Shown here one piece after another: positions 27,922 to 43,019 of a DNA stretch of 64,000 nucleotides. The DNA is from Eledone cirrhosa (Eukaryota), in contig OZ024751.1 of NCBI GenBank assembly GCA_964016885.1, positions 18,414,001 to 18,478,000 of the forward strand. Reading direction: 5' to 3'. The translations under genes were made by a program, and so were the position numbers. Under the pieces are notes generated by a model. The model worked only from the letters and a program-made list of their open reading frames with translations, did not search any database and was not told where the DNA came from. Position 1 is the stretch's first letter, and every line of letters starts with the position of its first letter.

Positions 27922-28629
27922 TTGTGTAAATACGAGTCTTCTATATCTAGATGTGTGCGTGTATATATGCTAACGTATACCGTGTGCACTTTTGTGAGTA
28001 TATGTGTGTGTGTGTGTGTGTGTGTGTTTAAGTGTGGATGTAAGAGAGAAAGAGTGGTGTATACATCTACGCGTGTGTACGTGTGCCGTAATGAAAAGCC
28101 AAGACAATCTCACTGACGCCTGTTAATCCCACCACAATCATCTTTACACATACACAGACGTATTCAGAGAACCACAGCAGATCAGTGGATCGTACAGACA
28201 CATGCACACACACACACAGACATACATACACATACATGGACAAAGAATAAACACACACACACACATATACATACACATGCCTAGTCTGACATACTCTAAA
28301 TAAGTCGAAAAACAACGACGTTGTGATGTCTGTCTTTCACTGTCATTTTAAGTAACATTTTAAGTTTCGCAACATCTCCTTCCAGTACCATCCCATTTTA
28401 TTTAACAATTAGGAGCCGACATTTATTTGTTTATTTATTTATGATTATTTGCTTCGTAGGTTCGAAACCTGCTAAGATCCCACAGAAATGTCACGTGCCA
28501 AAACGTCTGTTCCCCCACCAATAATATGTGACTCCACCGGTTATTCAAATATATATATAGATTTATACGAATGTACGTGCGACCAACGCTTTCTATAAAT
28601 TGTAGGAATGGTTCCAGAAAGCTCCAAGA

Positions 28630-28975
28630 TTAAAGATGTCGCTGTGGGGCTTAAGAAGTTCACTTTTCGTAATCAAATATTTCTTAGTTCGATCCCACCT
28701 CATGGCCCGGCACGGCAAATCACTTTGTATAAATGTCTTCTAAGCTTAGTTTTGCCATGTGAAGATATTCACTCAGCTGACAAATATGAGTTGTACCTGT
28801 AATTCGAAAGGCCAGCCTTGACACGATCGGTGTCACGCTGAATCTCCCTGAGAATTACGTTAAAGCTACGTGTATCTGTGGAATGATCAACCACTTGCAC
28901 GTTAATTTACATGCAAACTTTTCCTTTGATCGGATCAATTGGAACACCCGTCATGGTAACCGACGGAGTGCCAGT
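28630..28975 (+). mobile_element. Old tRNA-headed SINE-like element
   Basis: B-box-like AGTTCGATCCC and cactcagctg..aaatatgagttg, similar to the 37340 family. Confidence 0.45.
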
Positions 28976-29000
28976 TGGGGTTGATATATATATATATATA

Positions 29001-29202
29001 TAGGAACCAGTAAGACCCCGACGGCTGAGCTCAAGCCGTTTCGACGGCTAATACTGGACTCATACTGTCCAGAATTAGCCGTCGAAACGGCTTGAGATCA
29101 GCCGTCGGGGTCTTACTGGTTCCTATTACCCACTCTACTACCCCAAGTATTGAGTACTTTGGTGCGTTATGGTCCACCTGGTTCCTTACCACATTTCCTT
29201 CG

Positions 29203-29205
<3 letters not shown>
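29001..29205 (+). mobile_element. Foldback cassette family B, copy 2
   Basis: Same ends as copy 1 in the opposite orientation, with a different inversion junction (ctggactcatactgtccag). Confidence 0.85.
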
Positions 29206-29281
<76 letters not shown>

Positions 29282-29869
29282 ACAGAGAGAGACAGAGATA
29301 GACACACAGAATTTACGCCAATGTATATCGGCAAAAGATGTAAACATCAGCAAAATATTCAGGCAGTTTTTGTTAGAAATACACAGAACCATAGTCTGGT
29401 CCACTGAAAACCTATAATCCATTACTACCTTGCCAATCACACGATCCTCCAGTTATTAAGCATTTGTCTTGTGCATGAAGTGAATAATATCGATGAGTGT
29501 GTTGTATAGTATGATGTGAGATAACATGTAGCTTTTTTCTAGATCTGAAAGGTTGACGGTCGGTCACTGATGCGACTTGTGAGTCTAGCCACTTATGGTG
29601 ACTGCGTATATACTATCTTTTTCCATTGTGACTTTATATATTCGTAAACATGTGCATATGATGTGTGGGGGTCCTTTTTTTTTGTCTCTAAGCAACTATC
29701 ATACCTATCAGAGTTTTGTTGTTTTTCGCTGTCCCATTTATTATGCTTTCATTTTACTTGTTTTATGTAAACATCCACTGTACTTATATGCTGCACTTTA
29801 TATCGTCCTAAACCATCTTTGAGACCTGGCGGCTGATAAATAATTTATTATTAGAAGCAGTAGCTAAAG

Positions 29870-30532
29870 GCCAGGGATTGGTGGTGTCGGTAGAGCGCCG
29901 GAAACCCTACTTCGTGGCATATAATTACAGCCCTTTGCGTTCTGAGATCAAATCCCGCCGAGGTTTGATTTGCCTTTCATTCTTACAGGATCGATAAAAT
30001 AAAATACCAGTATTGCACTGAGTTCGCCTTAATCGATTTTCTCCTCTGCCAAAATTGTTGACCTTGTGCCTATAGCAATAGTAGTAAGAGGATAAGGAGG
30101 AGAGGGCGGAATAAAAGCATTATTATCATTAGTAGTAGTAGCAAGGGCGGTGGATTGGCAGTATCGGTAGAGTGTCGGATGCCATGCTTTGCAGCATAGA
30201 GTTACGCACCTTTATGATCTGAGTTCATATCCTGCCGAGGTTAGCTTTGCCTTTCATCCTCATGAGTCGATAAAATAAAGTACCAGTCACGCACTGGGGT
30301 CGATTTAATCGACTTTCCCCTCCTCCAAAATTATCATTAGTATTAGTAGGCGGTCAATTTGGCAGTATTGGTAGAGGGTCGGTTATCCTTTCCAGCATAG
30401 TTACGTCCCTTTACGATCTGAGTTCAAATCCCGCCGAGGTTAACTTTGCCTTTCATCCTTACGGGGTCGATAAAATAAAGTACCAGTAATGTACTGGGTG
30501 TTTGCTGGCCTTGTGCCTAAAGTAGAAACAAT
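29870..30532 (+). mobile_element. Three adjacent SINE copies (about 29870-30075, 30143-30330, 30348-30532)
   Basis: A/B boxes and the conserved body are present in each. Confidence 0.85.
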
Positions 30533-31050
30533 TAATATTATTATTAGTAGTAGTAGTAGTAGTAGGAGGAGGAGGAATAATAGCAGAATGAAAACCACCA
30601 TCATCATCATCACTACTACTACTATCACCGCCGCCGACACTATAATAAGCACAAACCTTCACCAACAGCAACGTCATCGTCATTGTCATCGTCATCATAC
30701 TAATGATGATAACATTGATTCTTATTACTGCTACTGTTGTTGTTGTTGTTGTTGTTGTGGTTGTTGCCACCGTGGTCGTTGTAATGTTACAGACATCTTT
30801 TTTAATGCCAATGTCACTGTTGTCACATCTTGTCATTCCAGCTAATCATTTCAGACATAAAACATTTAATTTGTCCCTACTCCTACTCCCAACACGACCC
30901 CCCCCCCCTTTTGTTTTAATTATTTTGTTTGTACACTTATTCGTTTGTTTGTTTTCTATTAACAAATGGTTTTAACCAACCACTTTATGGAACTGCCGTG
31001 TAATTCACGTAGTTACCCTTTTAAACGAGCGAAGACACAAGCATTAATAC

Positions 31051-31086
<36 letters not shown>

Positions 31087-31100
31087 TTATATATATATGC

Positions 31101-31177
<77 letters not shown>

Positions 31178-31679
31178 AATGATCAAACATAGAGGCACAC
31201 GTATACAGTCAGGAACAGAACATAAAAGAAAAACCAAGATAAAATAGAAAATCAAGCCATCATACTTCTAAAGCCACAAAGTTCCTTCACTCTAAACATC
31301 ACAACCGTCCCTTTATGTTATATTTTAAATAACGATTTAAACACAAATAAATGTAATATGGCCCCTATGATTTCTACAGCTTCAAATGTACTCACTGACT
31401 TTTCCATAGACTCAGAACTCTTAATGACGACGTGGGGGTGGTTCCTATTCCATCTCCATGTCCGAACGCACTAGATTTCTTCCAGAGAAAGCGAAAGAGA
31501 GAAAAGGGGAGGGAGAAAAGTAGAAGGAAAGAAAGAGTCAGAGCAAAAAAGATAAACAACAAGGAATAACATACTGTAAAGATGTAGATAAAGAATACAT
31601 GGAAGAATCAAATACGTGATGAAGGTTTAAACGTATTTTATTTGTTGGCCTGTGAGGAAATATTGAATATACTAATTTA

Positions 31680-31850
31680 TTGGTTTCTGATGTAGGCACA
31701 AGGCCAACAATTAAGTGGGGGAGTTGATTAAATTGACCCCAGCGCATTACTGGTGTGCTATTTTATTGACTCCGTAAGGATAAAAGGAAAAGCTAACCAC
31801 GGCAAGATTTTGAATTCAGATCGAAAAGAGACGTAACTCTATGCCAGAAG
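31680..31850 (-). mobile_element. Diverged SINE copy
   Basis: Degenerate match to the long SINE subfamily. Confidence 0.7.
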
Positions 31851-32075
31851 ATACTAATTTATGTGAATAATGTAAAGAACGACTGACTACTCACATTTTG
31901 ATAACTTATTAAGACATCAATGTCCAGGTCAATTTCACACACATGAACAAATAAATATACACACAAAAGTGTTTATGTTTGTATACACACACACACATAC
32001 ACACACACACACATGAAACTAATACTAGTATCATTTGTACTGCCTCTCTGTTTTTTGTTCTCTATTCATTTATTA

Positions 32076-32107
<32 letters not shown>

Positions 32108-32109
<2 letters not shown>

Positions 32110-32300
32110 CGAAGGAAATGTGGTAAGGAACCAGGTGGTCCATAACGCACCAAAGTACTCAATACTTAGGGTAGTAGAGTGGGTAATAGGAACGAGTAGG
32201 ACCCCGACGGCTGAGCTCAAGCCGTTTCGACGGCTAATTCTGGACGTCCAGAATTAGCCGTCGAAACGGCTTGAGCTCAGCCGTCGGGATCCTACTCGTT

Positions 32301-32304
<4 letters not shown>
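32108..32304 (-). mobile_element. Foldback cassette family B, copy 3
   Basis: Junction ctggac|gtccag; TA flanks. Confidence 0.85.
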
Positions 32305-32344
<40 letters not shown>

Positions 32345-32727
32345 CACTTTGGGAGGGTCACGCTACCAATAAAAAACCACACGCACTTGTTGCGTTTCAC
32401 TTCAATTTGATATAATTTCCCAGTCGGTCATTTTAATAACTTGATGCTGGATGGTTGAAAGTCACTCTTCTGCTTTTTCTTAAATATATCTTACTGTATT
32501 AAGGGTTGTCCTTCTTTTCTATTATGTATATATTACAGAATTAGAGAGTCGGGAACGACGACTGAGCACTTGCTTTTTCGACAGCTAATTCCAGACTACC
32601 TGAGTCTGTAATTAGCTGCTGAACCGACAGGAGCTCAGCCGTCGGGTCTCAACCCTCTCTCTCTCTCTCTCTCTCTCTCCCTCTCTCCCTCTCTCTCTCT
32701 CTCTCGCTCTCTCTCTCTCTCTTCCGC

Positions 32728-32805
<78 letters not shown>

Positions 32806-32845
32806 AAGATGGGTATATATATATATATATAGTGAGAAAGAGAGA

Positions 32846-32889
<44 letters not shown>

Positions 32890-32895
32890 GAGAGT

Positions 32896-32944
<49 letters not shown>

Positions 32945-34506
32945 TGATAAATAGATATATATATATATATAGATAGATGAGACAGAGAGACAACTGTAGA
33001 TCGCTTAATATTTATAATGAGATAGTTCTGAAAATAGACAAATGCAGAAATATATAAACATTGATGATAACCTACATATATATATATATATATATATTAT
33101 TTGATGTCTCACAACATTTATATATAGGTTTGATGAAGAGGTGTGTGTATGTATGTATGTTCTTCTGGTTTTATAATTTCACAAAGTTTTACCAATAGAG
33201 AGAGAGACGGTTTCTAACATGGACACACATTCATTGGAATTTACACATCAACTAGGTAGATATGTATGTATGCATGCATGTGTAGATATGGATGTTATTG
33301 TATGTGTGGATGTGGATGTTTTGAGTTGATGTGTGCATGTGTATATGCTTTGCATCTGTATATGTGTATATGCAGTTATTAGATGCAAAATTTTTGGAAT
33401 GTTTTATATATTTTTACTGTTCCATAATGGATTGTACTTCTAATTTCCTAACTAGTTATGTATGTATGTATGTATGTATGTATGTATGTATGTATGTATG
33501 TATGTATGTATGTGTTTGTTATATATGAACCAGCATATATATCTGGATCGAAATACTTCATACAATCAACTTTCTTTTCAGCTTTACTCATCTCACACTT
33601 GACTAAACACATTTCGCAAGAGTGTAAGTCTTATTGCTTTACCATTAGGTCAAGGAATGAATGGCAGCAATACGAATCTTTGTGTGGGTATTTGGAGTTC
33701 TGTGTCCTTCGTTTGTATGTTTATTGTTTAAGGTTTTCCCTTGCTTTTTTTTCTTCCTTTCTTTATTATTGCTTTTTTACTTTTGTTTCATTTATGGCTT
33801 CCTTACTATAAGAGGCACTACACTTTTTTCTTTGGCGTTACATAAAATGTCATATGTACTTATAGCTTAATTGCTGTAAATTAATGTTTTGTCTCTCGTC
33901 TCTTACTCAACTTGACAGCGTTTAGCTTATGCCATACGTTGTGACCTCGGGTGGACCAGCAGTACCGTTGGTAGGGGTCAACATTTTCAAAGTCCATCTC
34001 AATGGCCGATGTATTAGGAGTTCTGTGTCCTTCGTTTGTATGTTTATTTTCAAAAAATAATTTTTTAAAGTTTCATCTTAGAAAATTGGTTATCGTTTTG
34101 CCTTGTTCCGGTCGTTGTCTTGTTCTCCTTTTGTTAATTTTTAAAAGTTTATTTACCGACATAGTCTAGCATTCTACTGTGTGACCCTTTCTCCTGGCTA
34201 AGCGCCATCCTCCCTCTTAGTTATGTCCCCCTTTCTCTTAGCTATGCACCTCTTTCGCCAAAACAATCTACTTACAATTGGTTCTTCCAGTACATCTCCC
34301 TTACCATCCTCCGGCGAAACGCCTTCTCCATTCTGTCCGCCGGGACTGTGGGGCGGCCAGCACGTTGGACCCCCATTTCCTCACTATACAGAGAGATGGG
34401 GAGGACGAAACAGATGGGGGCGATGATGGTGGGGGGTTCGGCTCTTCCGTGTTCGGACACATTGCACCCCTCAAGAGAATATATCGATGTGCTTATAAAA
34501 TTATAA

Positions 34507-34690
34507 TTGTTTCTACTTTAGGCACAAGGCCAGCAATAACCCAGTGCATTACTGGTACTTTATTTTATCGACCCCGTAAGGATGAAAGGCAAAGTTAACC
34601 TCGGCGGGATTTGAACTCAGAATGGCAAGGGCCGTAACTCTATACGTCAAAGCATGGCGTCCGACCCTCTCCCAATACTGCCAATCCACT
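34507..34690 (-). mobile_element. tRNA-derived SINE
   Basis: Near full-length match to the 10434 copy. Confidence 0.88.
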
Positions 34691-35425
34691 ATAAAATTAT
34701 AACATATGTTAATACGTTTGGGCTTATGTATGTTTGTCTACACACACACGTTTGATAAGCTAACGAACCTGGATTTTGACACCGCTTGCTTTGACCACAA
34801 TGAGAAAATTACTAAGACTGCATTTTCTACTAATCATTACACAGTCACTTTCGCCAAATAATGTGACAGGTCAAGACACCATAAGACGCTCTTCGGCGCC
34901 TTGGATAGTTCCGCAACGCTACCACATGACAGATATTCACAGATTTATTTATTACTCGCAAGTAATTATCATTTATTTAATACTATTATATAAATGTCTG
35001 TAAATCTTTAATCCTTTAATTTGCAATAGTGCACCACTGTGAGTTATGCAATATATGCAGTTTCATAGCTGAGCATAGGTGTTGCGCCGGGCTTGTCAGT
35101 GCTTGTGATTCTTAAGTGTTTGTCGGGGTTTCAGACTGGTTGGAATGAGGAAAGAAGGCATATTCAAGTCGGAGATCTTGGCCGAATATTTAATAGAGAT
35201 AGAACTACGCTAAAATATAAAAAAAAAGGACCAGGTGGTGATGTTAAATCGGGCAACGTATTAAATCTACCACCCAAGAATTCAGAACGAAAAGAGTCGG
35301 AAAAAATACCGCGAGGCAATTTAATGTCTCTTGCCCAGCAAATAAACAGTTTTATGCTACACACACACATACACACACACACATATATACACACAAATAC
35401 ACACACTTGTACATACAAACTCCCT

Positions 35426-35472
<47 letters not shown>

Positions 35473-35521
35473 ATGTATACATATAATTGTATATATATAT
35501 ATATACACACACACGCATATA

Positions 35522-35553
<32 letters not shown>

Positions 35554-35599
35554 CATACATATATATATATGTATGTATCTATATATATACATGTATATT

Positions 35600-35633
<34 letters not shown>

Positions 35634-35669
35634 TGCGTGTATGTATATATATATATGTATATTTATATA

Positions 35670-35700
<31 letters not shown>

Positions 35701-35749
35701 GTATGCATGTATATGTCCATTAAATAGCTAGATAGATTGATAGATAGAT

Positions 35750-35782
<33 letters not shown>

Positions 35783-36291
35783 GAGTAAGAGAGAGAGTAA
35801 GAGAGGGAGAGAGAGAGAGAAAGAAAGAGAGACAGACAGACAGATATGCTGACACATACATCAGAGGCGGGAGAGAAGCTACATCAAGGTTTTCTTCAAT
35901 AAATTTGATATAATCGAACTTAATGGCAGCCCGACTTTCTTCTCGCCTCTCACATTTCCTTTCTACCCTTATCTATCACTTTATTCCTGTTACTATATAT
36001 GTAGGTGTATGTATGTGTGTATATATGTGTGTATATATATGTATGGGTATGTGTGTATGGGAGTGTATGTACGTGTATAAGTATGTTTATAAATATGTTC
36101 GTATGTGCATGACTGTGTGTGTTTGTGTGCAAATTTGTACATGTGTATGTGTAAGCGTGTTTGGGTGTGTGTATGAGTATTCGTGGGCATTTTAGTGGTC
36201 TTAGAGTATGGGTGAATATGTTTTTCGGTATGTATGTGTGTGTATATGTGAGTCTATATATGTGTGTGTTTATATAAATATATATATGTGT

Positions 36292-36348
<57 letters not shown>

Positions 36349-36670
36349 CTTTGTTTACTTTTAAGGGATTTCCGTCGAGTAAAACGTGGACCCACATGTA
36401 AGAAGCCCCTTTTCCTTAATCGGAAAGGACAGCTTGACGCTTAAGAAAAATTTAAGCTTCACAAGTCTAAGTGAAAATAATAAATAAATAATATATATAA
36501 TAACAAAAAATTAATAAAATAATAATAATGATAGACAAAGGTTTTTTCTTTTAGATTTGGAACACTTTTTTGTGTATTTTTTTCAAATACGAAGTTCTTT
36601 TCTTCGTTCCATGTATTTACACATAGATACAGTATTTGAATAATGTGTTTCATAGACACATGCAATACCG

Positions 36671-36764
<94 letters not shown>

Positions 36765-36801
36765 GTGTGTGTGTATAATATATATATAATATATATATAT
36801 A

Positions 36802-36901
36802 CAGGGTGTCCCCCAATTAATGTATATATACTTTGAATACCTGTACAAGCAATATTTATTAGAATGCTGTTGAAGTGTGTATACATTTTTGGGGACACCC
36901 T
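36802..36901. mobile_element. Tc1/mariner-type MITE
   Basis: TA|CAGGGTGTCCCC..GGGGACACCCT termini, similar to 1593-1688. Confidence 0.65.
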
Positions 36902-36908
36902 CTCTCTC

Positions 36909-36946
<38 letters not shown>

Positions 36947-37334
36947 AGTGTGGGTATACATTTGATCAAATGTGTGCCCATTAAACACAAACAATACACA
37001 CACAGACACACACACATGAATCACACATCTAACTCACACAAAAATAGTGATGTTAAGCTCGCCTTGTAGCCACCACCAGTCATACTAATGAGAATATAAA
37101 TAGGGGAGAAGAAATCGTCTGCAAATAGAATAACTGCAACAACACGAACAACAAAAACATTGATAGCAAATAAAAAATAAAAAAAATAACACCGGCAGTA
37201 GTAACACGAATAATAATCTTAAAACGGCCATTTTGTTTTTTAAAGGTTATTGTCGAAACCATACTTGTAGACTTAGAAATTTTATAAGGATACATAATAC
37301 AATATATTGTAGAATATACTACAGTTTGTTTTTT

Positions 37335-37586
37335 GTGTAAGACCAACAGTCGCCCATGCATACCAGTCTCCCCTCTCCACGCCACCGATGATGTCCACAG
37401 GAAAGGCACTGACCGATAGAGCTTGGCACCAGGGACGTTGCAACTCATTTCTACAGCTGAGTAAACTGGAGCAACGTGAAATAAAGTGTCTTGCTCAAGG
37501 ACACAATGCATCACCCAGTCCGAGAATCGAACTCACAACCTCTCACATTGCAAGCCCAATGCTGTAACCAATAAGCCATGCGCCTT

Positions 37587-37589
<3 letters not shown>
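37335..37589 (-). mobile_element. Second tRNA-derived SINE family (CORE/V-like body)
   Basis: Head GTGAAGGCGCATGGCTTATTGG..GAGTTCGATTC, then TGTGTCCTTGAGCAAGACACTT. Partial copies at about 59256-59350, 59500-59610 and 63385-63470. Confidence 0.75.
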
Positions 37590-37619
<30 letters not shown>

Positions 37620-37629
37620 AACGACAACG

Positions 37630-37661
<32 letters not shown>

Positions 37662-37869
37662 CATCATCATCATACAGACCTAACAACATAACAACAACAA
37701 CACTGAAGTAAATTACCCCAGCATTAAGCCCCATTAATATTAAATAGAAAGACATAAAAAATGGAGGTATTTTACTGTCGAGACGCATTTAGGAATGTGT
37801 CGGTTCTATGTCTTGATGTGATCTTTACCTTGTTGTTGTTGTTTGTTGTTGTTGCCGTTGATGTTCTCG

Positions 37870-37903
<34 letters not shown>

Positions 37904-38099
37904 CGTTGTCGTTGTCGTTGTTGTCGTTGTCGTTGTTGTTGCTGCTGCTGTTGTTGTTGTTGTTGTTGTAGTTGTTGTTGTCGTTGTTGTAGTTGTTGTT
38001 TTTGTTATCGTTTGTTATCGTTGGCGTTGTTATTGTATTTGTTGTATTTCTATTGTTGTTGTTGTTGCCTTTGCCGTAGTCGTTGAGGTTGTAGTTGTT

Positions 38100-38480
38100 C
38101 TAGTTGCCTTAGAATTGTTGTTGTTGTCATTGATGCAGTTGTGGTTGTTGTTGTAGTTTCTGTTGTTGGAGTTGTCTTAGAATTGTTGTTGCTGTTGTTG
38201 TTGCAGTTGTGGTTGTGGTTGTGGTTGTAGTCGTTGTCGTTGTAGCAGTGGTGGTTGTGGTTGTAGTTTCTGTAGTTGTCTTAGAATGTTTGTTGCTGTT
38301 GTTGTTGCAGTTGTGGTTGTGGTTGTGGTTGTAGCAGTGGTGGTTGTGGTTGTAGTTTCTGTAGTTGTCTTAGAATTGTTGTTGCTGTTGTTGTTGCAGT
38401 GGTGGTTGTGGTTGTGGTTGTAGTCGTTGTCGTTGTAGCAGTGGTGGTTGTGGTTGTAGTTTCTGTAGTTGTCTTAGAAT
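38100..38480. repeat. (GTT/GTG)-derived higher-order minisatellite
   Basis: The anchor GTAGTTGTCTTAGAAT recurs about every 70-110 bp. Confidence 0.8.
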
Positions 38481-39057
38481 TTGTGTTGTTGTTCACTTTG
38501 CTGTTGTCATTGTCTTTTGTTGTTCTTCTTCTTGGTTTCGTTGGTTGTTATTGGTGGTGGTGGTTGTGGTGGTGGTGGTGGTGGTGGTAGCATTATTGTT
38601 GTTACCTTTGTTGCTGTAGTTGTTGTTGTAGTTGTTTGTTGGTGTAGTTTGTGTTGTATTTGTTGTTGATATCATTTGTATCTTTGTTGTTGTGATTCTG
38701 TTTATTGGTTTTACAAACAAACTGTTGTACTATAAACGATGCCATGTCTATCTTACGATATATCCCTGATCCTAGAACTGTCACTGTGGGTTTTGGTTCT
38801 TTAGAGAAGTGTCTGCTCAAGGTTCAGCGAAATAAGCTGTAATTCAATAAAATAAAAACGTTGCTCTTGAAGCTAAAGAAACTCTGGCACAGACATTATA
38901 GATCCTGATGTAACATCTTTGATCAAAGTTCTACTGAATCAGAGTTGACAGGTTTAAACATCAACAATTTAAAAGAGAAACATGTGGTTGAGACAGAGAA
39001 GTTACAAGAAAGAAATGAAATAAAATATGACTATTGTTCTAGTTGATGTTGTTGTGG

Positions 39058-39091
<34 letters not shown>

Positions 39092-39234
39092 ATCGCAGGT
39101 CAGGTCCCGATAGAGCAGTCCTATAGATCAAAGATCTTCCAAAAGTAACCATCAAGCCTCATGTGTATGTAAGCGTGCAGACACACACGCACACATATAC
39201 ATACACACACACACATACACATATACTGACACAT

Positions 39235-39290
<56 letters not shown>

Positions 39291-39419
39291 GTATTAATAT
39301 ACACACACAGACACATGTATAGATGTATGTGTATACGACTATTTTCCAATGTTTCATTCCTCTTTGTAAGATAGAATGTGGCAATCAGATAGATAAATAG
39401 ACAGGCAGGCAAACAAACT

Positions 39420-39493
<74 letters not shown>

Positions 39494-39665
39494 CTGAATC
39501 AGAGTTGACTTGGAGTTAAACAACAATAAGAATTTAGAATAGAAACATTGCAAAATTAGCATTTAAATTGCATGACCTTAGATTGTACCAGAAATCTCAA
39601 TATGAAATTAAATAAAAGAGCTGAAGTGCAAAGAACATACATACATATGTATGTACACATATATA

Positions 39666-39766
<101 letters not shown>

Positions 39767-40025
39767 CTGTCTGTGTGTGTATATATATGTGTGTATATAT
39801 ATATATATATGTATATATATATGTATATATATATATGCATATATGTATATATATATATATATATATATAATATATGTATGTATGTATGTTTTGTATGCAT
39901 ATGTGTATGAATATGTACATGCTACAGCACAAACAGTTGAAACAAAACTAGCTGAACATCGCTTTAAAAAAATATAACAAGCAAAAATCAGAGACAATGA
40001 AGAATTAATATAATACCAACAATAC

Positions 40026-40069
<44 letters not shown>

Positions 40070-40446
40070 GCAATAATAATAATAATAATAACAACAACAA
40101 CAACAATTGTAATAATGGTTTCTCTATGTAATAGCAATAACAGTAGTACATTCATAGAAATGTTCAAATCCCGATGGACGAAAATATCTCCATTAAAAGA
40201 ACTGTAGAGACTTACTAAGTATAAAAGTCTTGGAGATAGAAACATTGAAAATGTGAAGATTTAAGCAAAAATAATCCTAGTAATGGTGAGTACACAAGGA
40301 ATTACGATAGAATAAAGTAAAGCATATACACACATATACTTATACATGCCTGTATGCGGGTGTATATATATATGCACATATGTGTGGGTTTACGTGTGTA
40401 CATACATATATGAGTTTGTGTGTGTATATATATATACACACACAAA

Positions 40447-40481
<35 letters not shown>

Positions 40482-40523
40482 AAATTCGTTTTCAGAATAT
40501 TTATATAAAACTATATATAACAT

Positions 40524-40577
<54 letters not shown>

Positions 40578-40587
40578 CTATATATTG

Positions 40588-40620
<33 letters not shown>

Positions 40621-40692
40621 CATATATACATATATATATATATACATATATATACATATATACATATATATACATATATACATATATATACA

Positions 40693-40748
<56 letters not shown>

Positions 40749-40801
40749 CATATATATATACATATATACACATATATATATATATATATATATACATATA
40801 T

Positions 40802-40863
<62 letters not shown>

Positions 40864-40910
40864 AAATTCATTTTCAGAATATTTATATAAAACTATAAAT
40901 AAGCATATTT

Positions 40911-40969
<59 letters not shown>

Positions 40970-41164
40970 AATGAACCTACGAAACATACTTACATTCAGA
41001 TATATATATATATATATATTTATACACACACACATATGCACAGACAATGAGAATTCGGGATTTCCGTTCATAGTATACTAAAGTAAAAAGAAAACTTTTA
41101 TTACACATTTTTATACTCAAAACACTCAGATTAAGGCATAGGCATTAATGAAGAAGGTGGTGCT

Positions 41165-41570
41165 AGTGGTGGTGGTGGTAGTGGTGGTGGGGATATTAGT
41201 GTTGTTGTTGGTAGTGGTGGTGTTGGTGGTGGGGATATTAGAGTTGTTGTTGGTAGTGGTGGTGTTGGTGGTGGGGATATTAGAGTTGTTGTTGGTAGTG
41301 GTGGTAGTGGTGTTAGTAGGGATATTAGTGTTGTTGTTGATTGTGGTGGTGGTGGTGGTGGGGATATTAGAGTTGTTGTTGGTAGTGGTGGTGTTGGTGG
41401 TGGAGATATTAGTGTTGTTGTTGGTAGTGGTGGTGTTGGTGGTGGGGATATTAGAGTTGTTGTTGGTAGTGGTGGTGTTGGTGGTGGGGATATTAGAGTT
41501 GTTGTTGGTAGTGATGGTAGTGGTGTTAGTAGGGATATTAGTGTTGTTGTTGGTTGTGGTGGTGGTGGTG
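41165..41570. repeat. 42/45-bp minisatellite
   Basis: Anchor GGATATTAG at 41191, 41233, 41275, 41320 and onward. Confidence 0.88.
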
Positions 41571-42305
41571 TCAGCAGCTTTGGTAGTGATAGTGGTTGTG
41601 GTGGTGGTCGGCAGCTGCGCTAGTGATAGTGGTTGTGGTGGTGGTGGTGGTGGTGGTGATGATGATGGTGGTTGTGGTGGTTGTGGTAGTGGTAATGCTG
41701 ATGCTGGTGTTGTTGTTGTTGTTGTTGTTGATGGTGGTGGTGGTGGTGGTGCTGCTGCTGCTGCTGCTGATGGTGGGGTGAGGTTATGGTGGTGTTCGTG
41801 GCGGTAATGTAATGGAGGTGGTATTGGTGGTTTCGGTTGTGGTGATGCTGGTGTTGTTGTTTTGTGGTAGTCGTGGTGGCGGTGTTGGTGGTGGTGGTGA
41901 TGCTGGTGTTGTTGTTTTGTGGTAGTCGTGGTGGCGGTGTTGGTGGTGGTGGTGATGGTGGTGGTGTTGGATCCTCCTACGGTGTCAGTAATCAGTATAC
42001 ATTTGTTCAACCAACTGCACGTTAAACGCATATGCCACAAGGACGTGTACACTTAAGGTAAATCACCTGTCGAGGTCCTGTTATATATATATGGCAACAT
42101 GAATGGACCCGTTATTTTTCTCTAATAACACTTTTTTATGATTCCACCCTGCCTGTCCCTTCAATCTTTCTAATTTCTCATTATTACTTCTGAAGAAGAA
42201 CTAACGTCCGAAACTTTAAGTCCCTCTTCCTGCTATTTCAAGCATTAATCTAATATATTTCTTTCATATACTGTACTGATTGCGTTGTTATTTCTATTTA
42301 CCTTT

Positions 42306-42439
<134 letters not shown>

Positions 42440-43019
42440 CATTCTACCCGTCGAGTGATCACGCAGTTCACATCTATTTGAATATCATTTATTCAGCTTG
42501 GGTCAACAGAGGGGTTGGAAAATTTGCCCAAGACGTCGCGCATTCGAATGTCATGAGTACGAAGCTAACTTCTTATTTACTCAGTCTTGTCATCGTCCAC
42601 ATACACGAATATATATATATATATATATATATACGCGCATACATATGCACACAAACACACACACACTCACACATACACACACATATACACATGTGCTCAC
42701 ACACACACACACACTCAATCACACACACACTTATATAAACACACGAACCCACACACAAATATATGTATACACACGCCTATATATATAAAAAGGAAACCTG
42801 TTGATAACCTAAGTCCACAGTTCGGTCAGCGAATAGCACAAGCTTGCATATTGATTTTGGATTCATAGAAACCTATCGGAACTATTGCATAATATCGTTC
42901 GAGATGGTTCAGGTTTGTTATCTAACCTGATTGGTTTTTTCGTTGCTTTGGTATTATGTGGCTAGGTTTGCCTGCCGCAGTTTTCAATTTGTCAAGCTAT
43001 CTAACGTATGTTATTACTG

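Noticed and set aside
41126-42052. Mucin-like Thr/Asn ORF
   Set aside because: It is a 42/45-bp minisatellite open on both strands, with no independent coding evidence.
42184-42230. Hammerhead-like CTGAAGA..GAAAC-TTTAA-GTC
   Set aside because: The core is present, but the stem I strands do not pair. At best it is a decayed copy.
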